Source: Klebsiella phage N1M2
Strand: one strand, 5' to 3'
Sequence record: MN642089.1
Length of the DNA stretch: 64,000 nucleotides
How positions within the stretch are numbered: position 1 is the stretch's first letter; each line of letters begins with the position of its first letter. Under the pieces are notes generated by a model. That model searched no databases. It saw only the letters and a program-made list of their open reading frames with translations, and was not told the origin of the DNA. The translations under genes were made by a program, and so were the position numbers. Below, one piece after another: positions 43,534 through 52,900 of the stretch.

Positions 43534-43745
43534 TGGGCGAACGTTTAACTAAAACACTTTTTATCATGCAGCTCAGACATGGCATGAGAAAGATGGTCCT
43601 TCCGAAGATGAAGGAAATGATCGAGTTAGAAATTAACAAGATCGAAAAGATGTCTGAAGAAGAATTTGATCAGTACGTTTTAAAGACGGCTGGTAAACCA
43701 AATGAAATCAACCCGAACAAAACCAAGTTCAAAACTCATCGTTAA
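43530..43745 (+). CDS. hypothetical protein (71 aa)
   Basis: ATGA coupling. Confidence 0.4.
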   Translation: MMGERLTKTLFIMQLRHGMRKMVLPKMKEMIELEINKIEKMSEEEFDQYVLKTAGKPNEINPNKTKFKTHR

Positions 43746-43755
43746 GGAGAAACAA

Positions 43756-43995
43756 ATGAAAGCGCAATTCCGTATCACTCGTCGTAAACTGATTGAAGAA
43801 ATGAAGAATCTTCGTAAGATGCGTGCTGCCGCCAAAGGTAATCCTGATATGAAAGATCGTTATCGGGAACTGGGTGAGCGCATTGTGGAAACGCAAACTA
43901 AGATCGACCAGTTGAACGTTGCTCTGGGTATTCCGGTAATGACCAATAAAGGTTTTGCCAAACATCACGGCGTAGGTAAAGTAGACCGCAAATAA
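43756..43995 (+). CDS. hypothetical basic protein (79 aa)
   Basis: AAGGAG RBS 'taaggagaaacaaATG'. Confidence 0.4.
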   Translation: MKAQFRITRRKLIEEMKNLRKMRAAAKGNPDMKDRYRELGERIVETQTKIDQLNVALGIPVMTNKGFAKHHGVGKVDRK

Positions 43996-44044
43996 CTTAG
44001 CGGTACTACCTCATTTATAAACTATTTGAATAGAGAGAAATAAA

Positions 44045-44674
44045 ATGGCTAGTAAGAAACCTCGTAACAAGAAGTTCAACCCACTCCGTACTCGTACCAA
44101 ACATATCCAGAACGTTTTGAATAACGCGATCAATAAGTTTTACATGATCGGAGATATGAACCACGATCCAATGTCTTTCCATGTTTCTGATATCAAGATG
44201 CAACTGAAAGGTGGTGACCTGGGAATTGCGTTGAGTGAGTTGACTAAATTCTTCTATGGGGAGAAACGCCATTGGGCTATCGGCATTTACCACTTCTTTA
44301 AGATCGATGATAAACTGGAGGTTGTTCCGACTATTGTTAAGTTGGATGAAGTTGATCTTCGTGAAGTTGCAGAAGTTGTTGATGTGAATGTCAAGCTCGC
44401 TAAAGAAGCCATCCTGGATCCAGAGGAAGGCTTTACAGAAGAGAATCATATCTTCTATGGTTATTACATCAACTATGGTAATAACTTATCCTGGGACGCT
44501 ATGGAAGCCGATATCATTAAAGCATTCATGAAAGTCAATCAGGATTTTGAAAACATCAAACCTGAAATCTGCGAATGTACTGCTGAGAAAGTTCTGCAGG
44601 CAATTGCAGGTGAGAAATTCAGCGTAGCTGATTCTAATCGACTGAAAACTTCAATGGTAGAGGAAACTAAATAA
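44045..44674 (+). CDS. hypothetical protein (209 aa)
   Basis: 'atagagagaaataaaATG'. Confidence 0.5.
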   Translation: MASKKPRNKKFNPLRTRTKHIQNVLNNAINKFYMIGDMNHDPMSFHVSDIKMQLKGGDLGIALSELTKFFYGEKRHWAIGIYHFFKIDDKLEVVPTIVKLDEVDLREVAEVVDVNVKLAKEAILDPEEGFTEENHIFYGYYINYGNNLSWDAMEADIIKAFMKVNQDFENIKPEICECTAEKVLQAIAGEKFSVADSNRLKTSMVEETK

Positions 44675-45009
44675 TGTCCAAGATGAAATTAGTATTTACT
44701 GAGTATCAAGAAAACTGGGATGCACACACTGTCCACGTTGTTGTTAAAGCAACATTAAACGGAACTCCATTAGAAGGGATTTCGTTGGACATGTCCCACA
44801 AGCGTGCAACTACTGAAGTAGTTAACCGTGCAGCTGCAAACCAAATCCTGGATGTAGTGGAACAGTCCATTAAACGTCTGGGTATGCAACCAAGTGATTA
44901 CGATCGCGATCTTAAATCCATGTTGAAAGAGTTCGACGTATTCCTGCATCAAACATTCAGAGATCAATGTTCCGAATTTGAAATTCCGTTCAAGCATCTG
45001 ATAAATTAA
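44674..45009 (+). CDS. hypothetical protein (111 aa)
   Basis: TAATG coupling. Confidence 0.45.
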   Translation: MSKMKLVFTEYQENWDAHTVHVVVKATLNGTPLEGISLDMSHKRATTEVVNRAAANQILDVVEQSIKRLGMQPSDYDRDLKSMLKEFDVFLHQTFRDQCSEFEIPFKHLIN

Positions 45010-45039
45010 TCCGATCATTTTAATATAGAGAGAACTATC

Positions 45040-45387
45040 ATGAAACCAGTACTGACCTTTACCGATCTGATCATTAACGACGAAGATGGCAAATACAGCA
45101 TCGAAATGGTTGCCACGATCAATCGTGAGATCGTCAAGAAGATAACTCGCCCGATTATCAACCCTTCTGCTGAAATGCGCCAGAGCGTCTTCCAGAGCGC
45201 TTTAGATGGTATCTGTTTAGCGGCGGCTTGTGTAATGGATAACCGTGTTGAAGGTTTCCACTACCCAGCCGGTATGAACCTGGTAGAAAAGCTGTCTCTG
45301 TTTGATATCAAACAAACAGTTACCATGGCCAACGATCTGCGTGCTGCAGGTTTTGATACCAACATTATCATGGCGGCTATCTGGTAA
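45040..45387 (+). CDS. hypothetical protein (115 aa)
   Basis: 'atatagagagaactatcATG'. Confidence 0.45.
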   Translation: MKPVLTFTDLIINDEDGKYSIEMVATINREIVKKITRPIINPSAEMRQSVFQSALDGICLAAACVMDNRVEGFHYPAGMNLVEKLSLFDIKQTVTMANDLRAAGFDTNIIMAAIW

Positions 45388-45713
45388 TGCTTCTAAGCCT
45401 ATTAGAAAGAATCAAGGGTTGGGTAAAACCAACCCCCAAACAACCTACCATTGAGTTTGTTTCACTTACCTCAATTTCTACAACTGAATGTATGGGATGG
45501 GTGAAAGTTTACCATAACAAATTGGTAATCAGGGTCAATGGTGTAACTCGTATTAAACGAACTAAGACGAACTCACAATTAACTTGTCATTCGTTTAGAA
45601 GAATGTTCGAGATGTGTATTGGGACAGGTGAAACATTACACATCGCAAGAAGTAAATACAAAATCGTCCTATCTGCTAAATTCAAAGCAGGTATTGGTAA
45701 AAACTTTATTTAA
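45387..45713 (+). CDS. hypothetical basic protein (108 aa)
   Basis: TAATG coupling. Confidence 0.4.
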   Translation: MLLSLLERIKGWVKPTPKQPTIEFVSLTSISTTECMGWVKVYHNKLVIRVNGVTRIKRTKTNSQLTCHSFRRMFEMCIGTGETLHIARSKYKIVLSAKFKAGIGKNFI

Positions 45714-45726
45714 GGAACTTATAGAA

Positions 45727-47034
45727 ATGACTAAATCTAAAGAAGTAGTAATCGCTCGATTCGATGAAGTTGAAGGTACTGAAATTCTGATCACTTCCGT
45801 TGATGGTCATCAGGGTCGTTCACCTAACATGCTGGAAGCCATCCAGAAGTTAGTTTGCGATAAGTATGGGGAGGATTGGAAATCAGTAAATGCCATTTGT
45901 CGTCTTCCTTTCAAGGACCTGGTCAAGCGATATGGTATTGTTCGTAAAGCAGGTGTTCATTTACCTGTTGGTTATCCAGGCGGTGTTTATGAGGAGATCA
46001 AAGAACGCTCTCCGATTATCATCACTTACCACTCCGCAGCACAGGGTTACCCAAGTGGTGCGCTGTACAGTTACACTGCCGTATACGGTGATCAAAAAGT
46101 ATCTGTAACCCGTGGTAGTTCTTATCTGGGTATTCTTGATATCCTTACCGAACTGGGTTTTGAAGTAGAGCGTGGCAGGACCATCGAGTATCTGGTTGCT
46201 GAACATGACATTCGTTTAGAAACCAAACTTGATCCTTCCGCGGTGATCGATAAAGATCTTAAAGAAGTATTAACTCCTATTAACGACAACACTCCTGATG
46301 AGGAACCTAAAGTGACCAAACAAAAAGAACAGCGTATCAAACTGAACATTATCGACATCGAACCTAATGGCGCTGGAGACTGGGTCTTTACCATTGATGG
46401 CGTCGGTACTCGCGGTGAAGTAATTCCGCGTACTAAGTTCATCGTAACTAGCCGTAATAATTCATCCAACTCTCTGCGTACGGATCCTCGTATTGTGATC
46501 GCTGCAGTTCTTCCATCTATCTGCAGTCTGACTGATGATCAACTGATCGCTCTGCGTACCGATGATCCTGCTAAGTTTATTAGCAACATTGATTGGGCCG
46601 TTGGAGATACTCTTAAACGTGGATTCCCTAAAAACAATGCAGGGGCTGCGATCCTGAACTTCCTGGGTGAAATTGAAAAGGCATCCGGTGGTGATATTCT
46701 GGACACTCTGGTTGCATTTATGTTCAACCAAGAACTGAAGTGGGACCCAGATATGCAGATGGTTCGTAACATGTCTGGGGTGACGTCGGAAGGTGCTGAA
46801 ACTCGGTTCCGTGTTGTTCATGCTGTTGGTGGGTTCTTCGCTGAAGGCGCTATTGAAATGCGCAAGATTCGTATCTTCAAAGATCACTCCACTGTACAGA
46901 TCTACACCACTCCACACACGCATAAGTTCGATAAAGAAACTCATTGCAAGACCTTCACCACGAACCACCCAGAGCAGGTTCTGGAGTTCCTGCGTGGTAT
47001 CTCAGAAGTACAAACTCACAAGTTCTCTAAATAA
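45727..47034 (+). CDS. hypothetical protein (435 aa)
   Basis: 'aaggaacttatagaaATG' start context; ORF track lists longer 45619 start. Confidence 0.5.
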   Translation: MTKSKEVVIARFDEVEGTEILITSVDGHQGRSPNMLEAIQKLVCDKYGEDWKSVNAICRLPFKDLVKRYGIVRKAGVHLPVGYPGGVYEEIKERSPIIITYHSAAQGYPSGALYSYTAVYGDQKVSVTRGSSYLGILDILTELGFEVERGRTIEYLVAEHDIRLETKLDPSAVIDKDLKEVLTPINDNTPDEEPKVTKQKEQRIKLNIIDIEPNGAGDWVFTIDGVGTRGEVIPRTKFIVTSRNNSSNSLRTDPRIVIAAVLPSICSLTDDQLIALRTDDPAKFISNIDWAVGDTLKRGFPKNNAGAAILNFLGEIEKASGGDILDTLVAFMFNQELKWDPDMQMVRNMSGVTSEGAETRFRVVHAVGGFFAEGAIEMRKIRIFKDHSTVQIYTTPHTHKFDKETHCKTFTTNHPEQVLEFLRGISEVQTHKFSK

Positions 47035-47064
47035 CTTTAATTGACACCTACAGAGGTAATATAA

Positions 47065-47412
47065 ATGAAACGCGCTTTAGTTCTTGTATTTGGTCTGGTA
47101 TGTTTGGTTGGTGGTCTGTTGATTGATTCTCCTACTGTTCAGGCTAAGAACTCTGGTGATCATTTTGTAAAAGGGAAGATCGTAGCTTTAGAAGGATGTT
47201 ATTCTAAAGAGACATCGGTTGAATCAATATGCCTTGGGGTTGTTGAAACGGCACTCGGTCATAGATCAGGTAAAATCGTTGGGGATGTTTATATCGGGAA
47301 GAACGTTTATCAGGAATGTGTTAGTAATTCTGTTGAAACTAAATGTTCTAAGGTATGGCGAGCCTCTGTAGGTGAAAGTTATTTAGTTGGTGGTGAACTC
47401 ACTGAGATGTAA
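47065..47412 (+). CDS. small secreted Cys-containing protein (115 aa)
   Basis: Signal peptide 'MKRALVLVFGLVCLVGGLLIDSPTVQA'; strong terminator follows. Confidence 0.5.
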   Translation: MKRALVLVFGLVCLVGGLLIDSPTVQAKNSGDHFVKGKIVALEGCYSKETSVESICLGVVETALGHRSGKIVGDVYIGKNVYQECVSNSVETKCSKVWRASVGESYLVGGELTEM

Positions 47413-47422
47413 ATGAATAATA

Positions 47423-47450
47423 GCTACTCTACCCAAACGGGTAGAGTAGC
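47423..47450 (+). terminator. hairpin terminator
   Basis: 'gctactctaccc'-aaac-'gggtagagtagc' + tttatttttttat. Confidence 0.7.
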
Positions 47451-47472
47451 TAGTTCATATTACTTTATTTTT

Positions 47473-47661
47473 TTATGACTTTATTTTGAAAACAACTGAA
47501 CCCTTATAGATAGTTCCATCTGGGTGTTCAACATAAGTATATTGAACAGAAGGACTTTCTATATTGTTGGTTGTCAAATCTGGTCTAGAGACACCTTCAT
47601 AGAAAGCTTTGAATGGTATCTGTCCAGTTTGACCTTGTAGAATATCTATCTTCTTGGCCAT
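47473..47661 (-). CDS. small hypothetical protein (62 aa)
   Basis: Sits between two terminators in convergent zone; AAGG upstream of ATG. Confidence 0.3.
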   Translation of the reverse strand: MAKKIDILQGQTGQIPFKAFYEGVSRPDLTTNNIESPSVQYTYVEHPDGTIYKGSVVFKIKS

Positions 47662-47713
47662 TACAATATTACCTTATTATAGTTAGGACATAGAATCCTT
47701 TAAACAAAATAAA

Positions 47714-47743
47714 GAGTATCTACCCCTGGTGGGGTAGATACTC
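47714..47743 (-). terminator. hairpin terminator for minus-strand structural operon
   Basis: 'gagtatctacccc'-tggt-'ggggtagatactc'; T-run on minus strand side. Confidence 0.65.
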
Positions 47744-47754
47744 AATGATGAAGT

Positions 47755-49923
47755 TTATAAAATTTCTACTTTAAATCGGTCAGTAGGGATACCTTTACTA
47801 TTAGCTTTTGTTTCTAAATCAACAGAAGCTTTAAGTGCGAAATCTGTTTCATTGTATTTAACATTGAAAGTCAATTCTGCTGTATCTGTGATGACATCTT
47901 TTTCATCAGCAGTCACAGATTTGAATGCCCACTTACCGTCTTCAGTTTGAATAAATTCAAAGTCAGCTTTGATAGCTTCAGCATTATCACAAACTACAGA
48001 AGTTACATTAGCAGTAACATCTTCACCACCTACCTTTATTGTATAAACTAAAGGCGCAACGTCCCAAAGTTCCATTGTGTATTTGGTTGTTAGATCGGTG
48101 ATTCTTGGTTTGGTTGGTGCAGTAACATCAAGCTCTGCGGAGACACCTGTCCAAGACATAGGGAACCCATTATAATCTTCAGTGAGTTCAAACTCTATGC
48201 TGGCTTTGGAGTTCTCTTTATTGGATCTCACCTTACCTTTAAATACCAGACCTGTTTCATCTGTGGCAACAAAGTTATCAATAATGGTAACATCTGTCGG
48301 AGTAGCAGAAGTAATATCAACTTTAATAGCTGATGGTTCTGTTGCACCCAAAGTACGTAATTGAAGGAATCTCAATTCAACATCAGTTTGATCGTAAGGT
48401 TCTAACTTATTAGGAGTTAGTTGTGCAGTAACTGGTGTACCTGGATTACTATACGACTTAACTGGTATTTCAAATAAAGGCTCATCTTTATCTGGATAAC
48501 CCAGAACCATTGTGATATTAAATACACCTTTATTGTAAGAGGTCGTGACAACAACACCATAGTCACCAGGCTCAGCGCCAGGTTGAATATTGTTGCTATA
48601 TCCATTTATGACAGCATTTGGAGCTTTAACCTTAAGGCTCTTGAATACTAATCCAGATACTGGTTGACCAGCGGCATCTTTAACACTGAATGAAATCTCA
48701 TTCCGACCCATTGGGTTGATATCGGAATCCTGAGTTTTCCATTCCACACTGGCTGTTGGTTCAGACATGGAAATGACTTTCTGAACAAACTCCCCAACTT
48801 GTGTTTGATATTTGATATCAACTTGTTGAGTGAGTTCTACATCAGCACCAGTTTTATTTTCTTTAGTGATTTCCCAGGTAATTTCAGTGGCTGTTTTGCC
48901 AACCAACTTAATGATAGACTCGTCAGCAACAGTTACTTCCAAATCTTCATTAGATACTGCAACCCCATCATACTCTACGGACAGTTTAACTGAATGAGTA
49001 GAACCTTGCAGACCTTTTATTTCCTGTGGGATTTCTTTAATGGCAAGACCGCCAATATAAACCGAACCAGGTAAAGTGGTGGTTACTATGTTAACATTCT
49101 CAACAACACCTTCAGTGTCATCACCGATAACTATAGTAACGTCACCAGTGCCAGCCTGAGGCTTACTGTTAAGAACAATAGTTAGTGCATCCACATTGTT
49201 TACGATGCTGTCACCAAATGTGAATGGACCACCATTAGAGGACTCAGAACGCAATTTAAGAGCTTTAGCTGGTTCAGGTAGACCTTTGTACCAAACATTA
49301 AATACGGTGGTGGTAGTGCCTCCTATAGGGGCTTTACACTCGGTAGCTGTGGTTGTTGCTTTAAGAGCTACACCGTCATAAGGTTCGGCGTTAATGGTCC
49401 CTTCAAAAGTTTTAACCGTTTGGTCAGGATCATATTCAGCAGGTAACTTATAAGTCCAGTTTGCTTTGAAAGCTTTGGCTTCAGCAAAGCTAGCATCAGA
49501 CACGATATACCACTTGGTATTATCCCAAGGTCCCAATTGAATATTGGCAGTAGGAGTTAGTTTAACATCTACCAACTGACTAGTGATATCCTGACCATTG
49601 GCCATTACTTTAAATGGCAATGTCGTTCCACTATCCCATACCTTAGAACTAATAGGTGTGTCAACAGTCTCTAGTACCAATTTAGCTTTCTGCTTTAATG
49701 ATAGAGGGACTGTTAACTTGTACTTGTCTTTATATATGAATGTGAGGTTTGGTGTGTGAGTGGTATCCTGGGCAACTTCGCCCAGGAATTTATAGGTAAT
49801 AGAATCAGCGGTCTTACTCTCGATTTCAACTTTAGAAGTATCGTCGAGAGTAATAACCATTTCTGGATCTAAGTTACTCAACACCTCCCCATCAACAGCC
49901 ATTGCGTTTCTAACTGTTGCCAT
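47755..49923 (-). CDS. Ig-like-repeat virion protein (722 aa)
   Basis: Thr/Val/Gly/Lys-rich beta-sandwich-type repeats, optimised codons, terminator at 47714-47743. Confidence 0.6.
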   Translation of the reverse strand: MATVRNAMAVDGEVLSNLDPEMVITLDDTSKVEIESKTADSITYKFLGEVAQDTTHTPNLTFIYKDKYKLTVPLSLKQKAKLVLETVDTPISSKVWDSGTTLPFKVMANGQDITSQLVDVKLTPTANIQLGPWDNTKWYIVSDASFAEAKAFKANWTYKLPAEYDPDQTVKTFEGTINAEPYDGVALKATTTATECKAPIGGTTTTVFNVWYKGLPEPAKALKLRSESSNGGPFTFGDSIVNNVDALTIVLNSKPQAGTGDVTIVIGDDTEGVVENVNIVTTTLPGSVYIGGLAIKEIPQEIKGLQGSTHSVKLSVEYDGVAVSNEDLEVTVADESIIKLVGKTATEITWEITKENKTGADVELTQQVDIKYQTQVGEFVQKVISMSEPTASVEWKTQDSDINPMGRNEISFSVKDAAGQPVSGLVFKSLKVKAPNAVINGYSNNIQPGAEPGDYGVVVTTSYNKGVFNITMVLGYPDKDEPLFEIPVKSYSNPGTPVTAQLTPNKLEPYDQTDVELRFLQLRTLGATEPSAIKVDITSATPTDVTIIDNFVATDETGLVFKGKVRSNKENSKASIEFELTEDYNGFPMSWTGVSAELDVTAPTKPRITDLTTKYTMELWDVAPLVYTIKVGGEDVTANVTSVVCDNAEAIKADFEFIQTEDGKWAFKSVTADEKDVITDTAELTFNVKYNETDFALKASVDLETKANSKGIPTDRFKVEIL

Positions 49924-49937
49924 GGGTATTTCTATCC

Positions 49938-52900
49938 TTATTTAGTTGGGTTCTTAACTGCTTGAGTTAGTACGATAGTATCGGTACCTTCACCACTAGT
50001 TTGGAATCCATCGACCATTTCTAATTTTTCATAGAAAGGTACGTGTTGGAAACTAAAGCTAGTATTCGCAGTTTGTTTGACATTCTTAGGATCAACATAA
50101 GTGATTGTCAAACCAACATTGTTTCCAATGTAAGTAACATCGGTATCTTCGGTGAATCTCAGTTTCAAACCATTTTTGGTGATTGAACCAGGAACTATTT
50201 CAATACGCGGATCCGTAGGTTTAGAAATAGTCACTTTAGGATCATTCAATGCAACCTGCTTATCATTATAATAAGCAATTATTTCCATTGGCATTTCGTC
50301 ACCAAGCTTACCGGTAACGCGCCCAGGAACTGTATCTGAAACAATGAATGGTTTATTGGAATCAACCAAGGTCAGTCTGAATCTTGCAGGACCACCATTG
50401 ACGTTAGTAATGATCTCGTTATTAGGAGTGCCTTTCAGTTTGAGGTTAACAATGACTTCTGTATAAGCGACACCAACTTTAGCAAAATCAAATCGCATTG
50501 TGCTTCTGCCTGATGCATTATCATAAGTCATAGCACCACTAGGAGTGCAGTAACCACTACCAACTGGCATACTAACGAAATCTAAAGCCCCTACTGGAAC
50601 GCCTCTCAGCTTACCTGAGAATTGCATACTGGAGAACCCGCCAGAATACATGATCCATTCGCCGCTCTCACCTCTGTAGTTAGGAGGGACTTCTGCGGTC
50701 AATACCAGTTCTTTACCATCATACTCATTAATGGTAAATGGAACTTCAACATTAACTTCTGGCGTATCTGCGGCGTACTTATAAGTATAAGAAACATTTT
50801 GTTTAGTTGTAGGGATAGCCTTATCAGAGATAATCTGATAACCGCCCTTAAGACCATTATGTTTAACCAAACTGGTCTCAACAAAACTAATTGCATTTAC
50901 ACTAGAGGTAACGTCTTTATCACCCAACATGAATTTAAGTGGTGGGTTGGCGGTACTGAACCAAACATCAACTTTAGGTTCCAATACTGTTACAACTAAG
51001 GCACCGGTTAAAGTAACATTAATAGTAGTTTCTGTTTTGAGACCTTTGGAACTGACTTGGACCTTAACAGGAACTACCTGGTCATAAGGAACTTCCTTAT
51101 CAATTTGAACGACCATTGTATCTGCAGTTACTGAAACCTTACTAATGGTATCAGCTGGATCGAAGGACCATGCTACAGAACTATCATCAAACTTAAAGTT
51201 AGTTTCACCATTGGTTAGGGAACCAGTTAAGGTAATCCGATCGCCCTTCTTACCAGAGATATCAGTAGGTGTCAAATCAAGTTTGAAATTACTCGAATCT
51301 ATAACACCATAGATAGGTTCCAATGGTACCTGGTTTTCAGTTGTTCCATCAGATAAGAAGAAGGTGACAAAGCCCTTACCTTCATGCCCACCACCGACCA
51401 CCACCACACTATAAACCCCATCACCGATCTCTTTGAAGTCCTTAGCAGACGCGGGGGCACCACCTGTTGCAATTCCGCCTTTAGATACCACAACACCAGT
51501 AACTGGCTTACCGGTTAGGGTAACTTTGAACTTCATCTCAGTTTCAGCACCTTCAACACCATTGAATTCGGTATCGATTGGTTCAGCAATCAATGTGGCT
51601 TTAGGTATTGCCAATCCATCTGCTATTACTGGTATTCCAGTAACTCCCTTAGCTGTTATCCCACCTCTAACATAGACATTTCCACTTACAGTGGTTGCGG
51701 TGAATTTAATTATTAGATATTTATTGTCGTTGGGATCCACGGAAACAGAGAACTCTTTGGTCGTATCGATACAGTTCTCAGGAACTGGGACCAGTTTACC
51801 AGTGAGTAGTTTCATATCCTCTAACAGCGTTCCGTTATTAGATACTCTACATCTGATAGTATTTTCTATACCTGGTTTAACTTCACCAGGTTGGTATAGT
51901 GTTAGCAAAGGAGCTTCGGTGGAGGTTGTTGGGTTTACCCAGAAATTATTTCTAGTTACACATTTATATTGATCATTCACCCCACCTTCTTTATACAACA
52001 TCGCCCATGGTGAGTAGTACTGATGGTTGGTATCAGTGATATTCAATCTTGGTTTAGTGATTCTGACATATAAGGTGGTATCATCTCCACCTATGTAACT
52101 AAAGGCATTTGCTTTAATGGAAGGGCTACTGATATTATTACCATTATCAAGGAAATAAACTGATAAGTTATAGTCATTTAAAGATATTCTTTCACCATTA
52201 ATATAGACATAAACTTCAGCTGTCCCGGAGCTTCCAACAAATGCACCCAATGCCCCATAAGGTCCACCGACTTTTTCTATGGTTCCATAAAGAGCTAAAT
52301 AGTCTCCATTGGAGAATAGCTTGGCATTTAGATGAACTACATCTATATTTTCATTAGCCCCTGGAGAATCCTTAAGTTTATACCCTATCCCATTAACAGT
52401 AGTAATAGGGTTATATACATCTTTAGACCCGTTAACTACAGTTGCCTTGATAGTAATCGTAAGCTCGGTATTATCTTCGGATGGTGTTAACTTAGTTACT
52501 ATAAATCCTGGATTAGTGGGAAGGATAACTTCTATCCTATCTGCAATTGGTTCTTTCTTATATTTAGGTTTAATTACATAAGTGGTTTCTTTTAGAGGGC
52601 TAGCCCCAATGATTCCATCTGTTTCAATTTCTAGGGCTTTACCACTCCAAGCCGCTATTCGATAAGTACCATAGGCTACTTTAGGTTTCCAGTTGCCACC
52701 AACATTAACTTCAAAAGTAAAGAATGTGGATTTACTAGCTCCCGCATTTGGAGCTGTGTCCACAGTCCATTTAGTTGGGTCTTCTGGGTCGACAATGATA
52801 TATTCATTGGGGATCAGTTTAACATTTCTAATCTCACTGGTTACATCTGTCCCGGCCAGAACGACACTAAATGGTACAGCGTCCAGTTGATCCCAGACTT

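Noticed and set aside
46122-46968. Minus-strand ORFs of 115 and 168 aa
   Set aside because: Antisense to the 435-aa + strand gene, with no translational signals.
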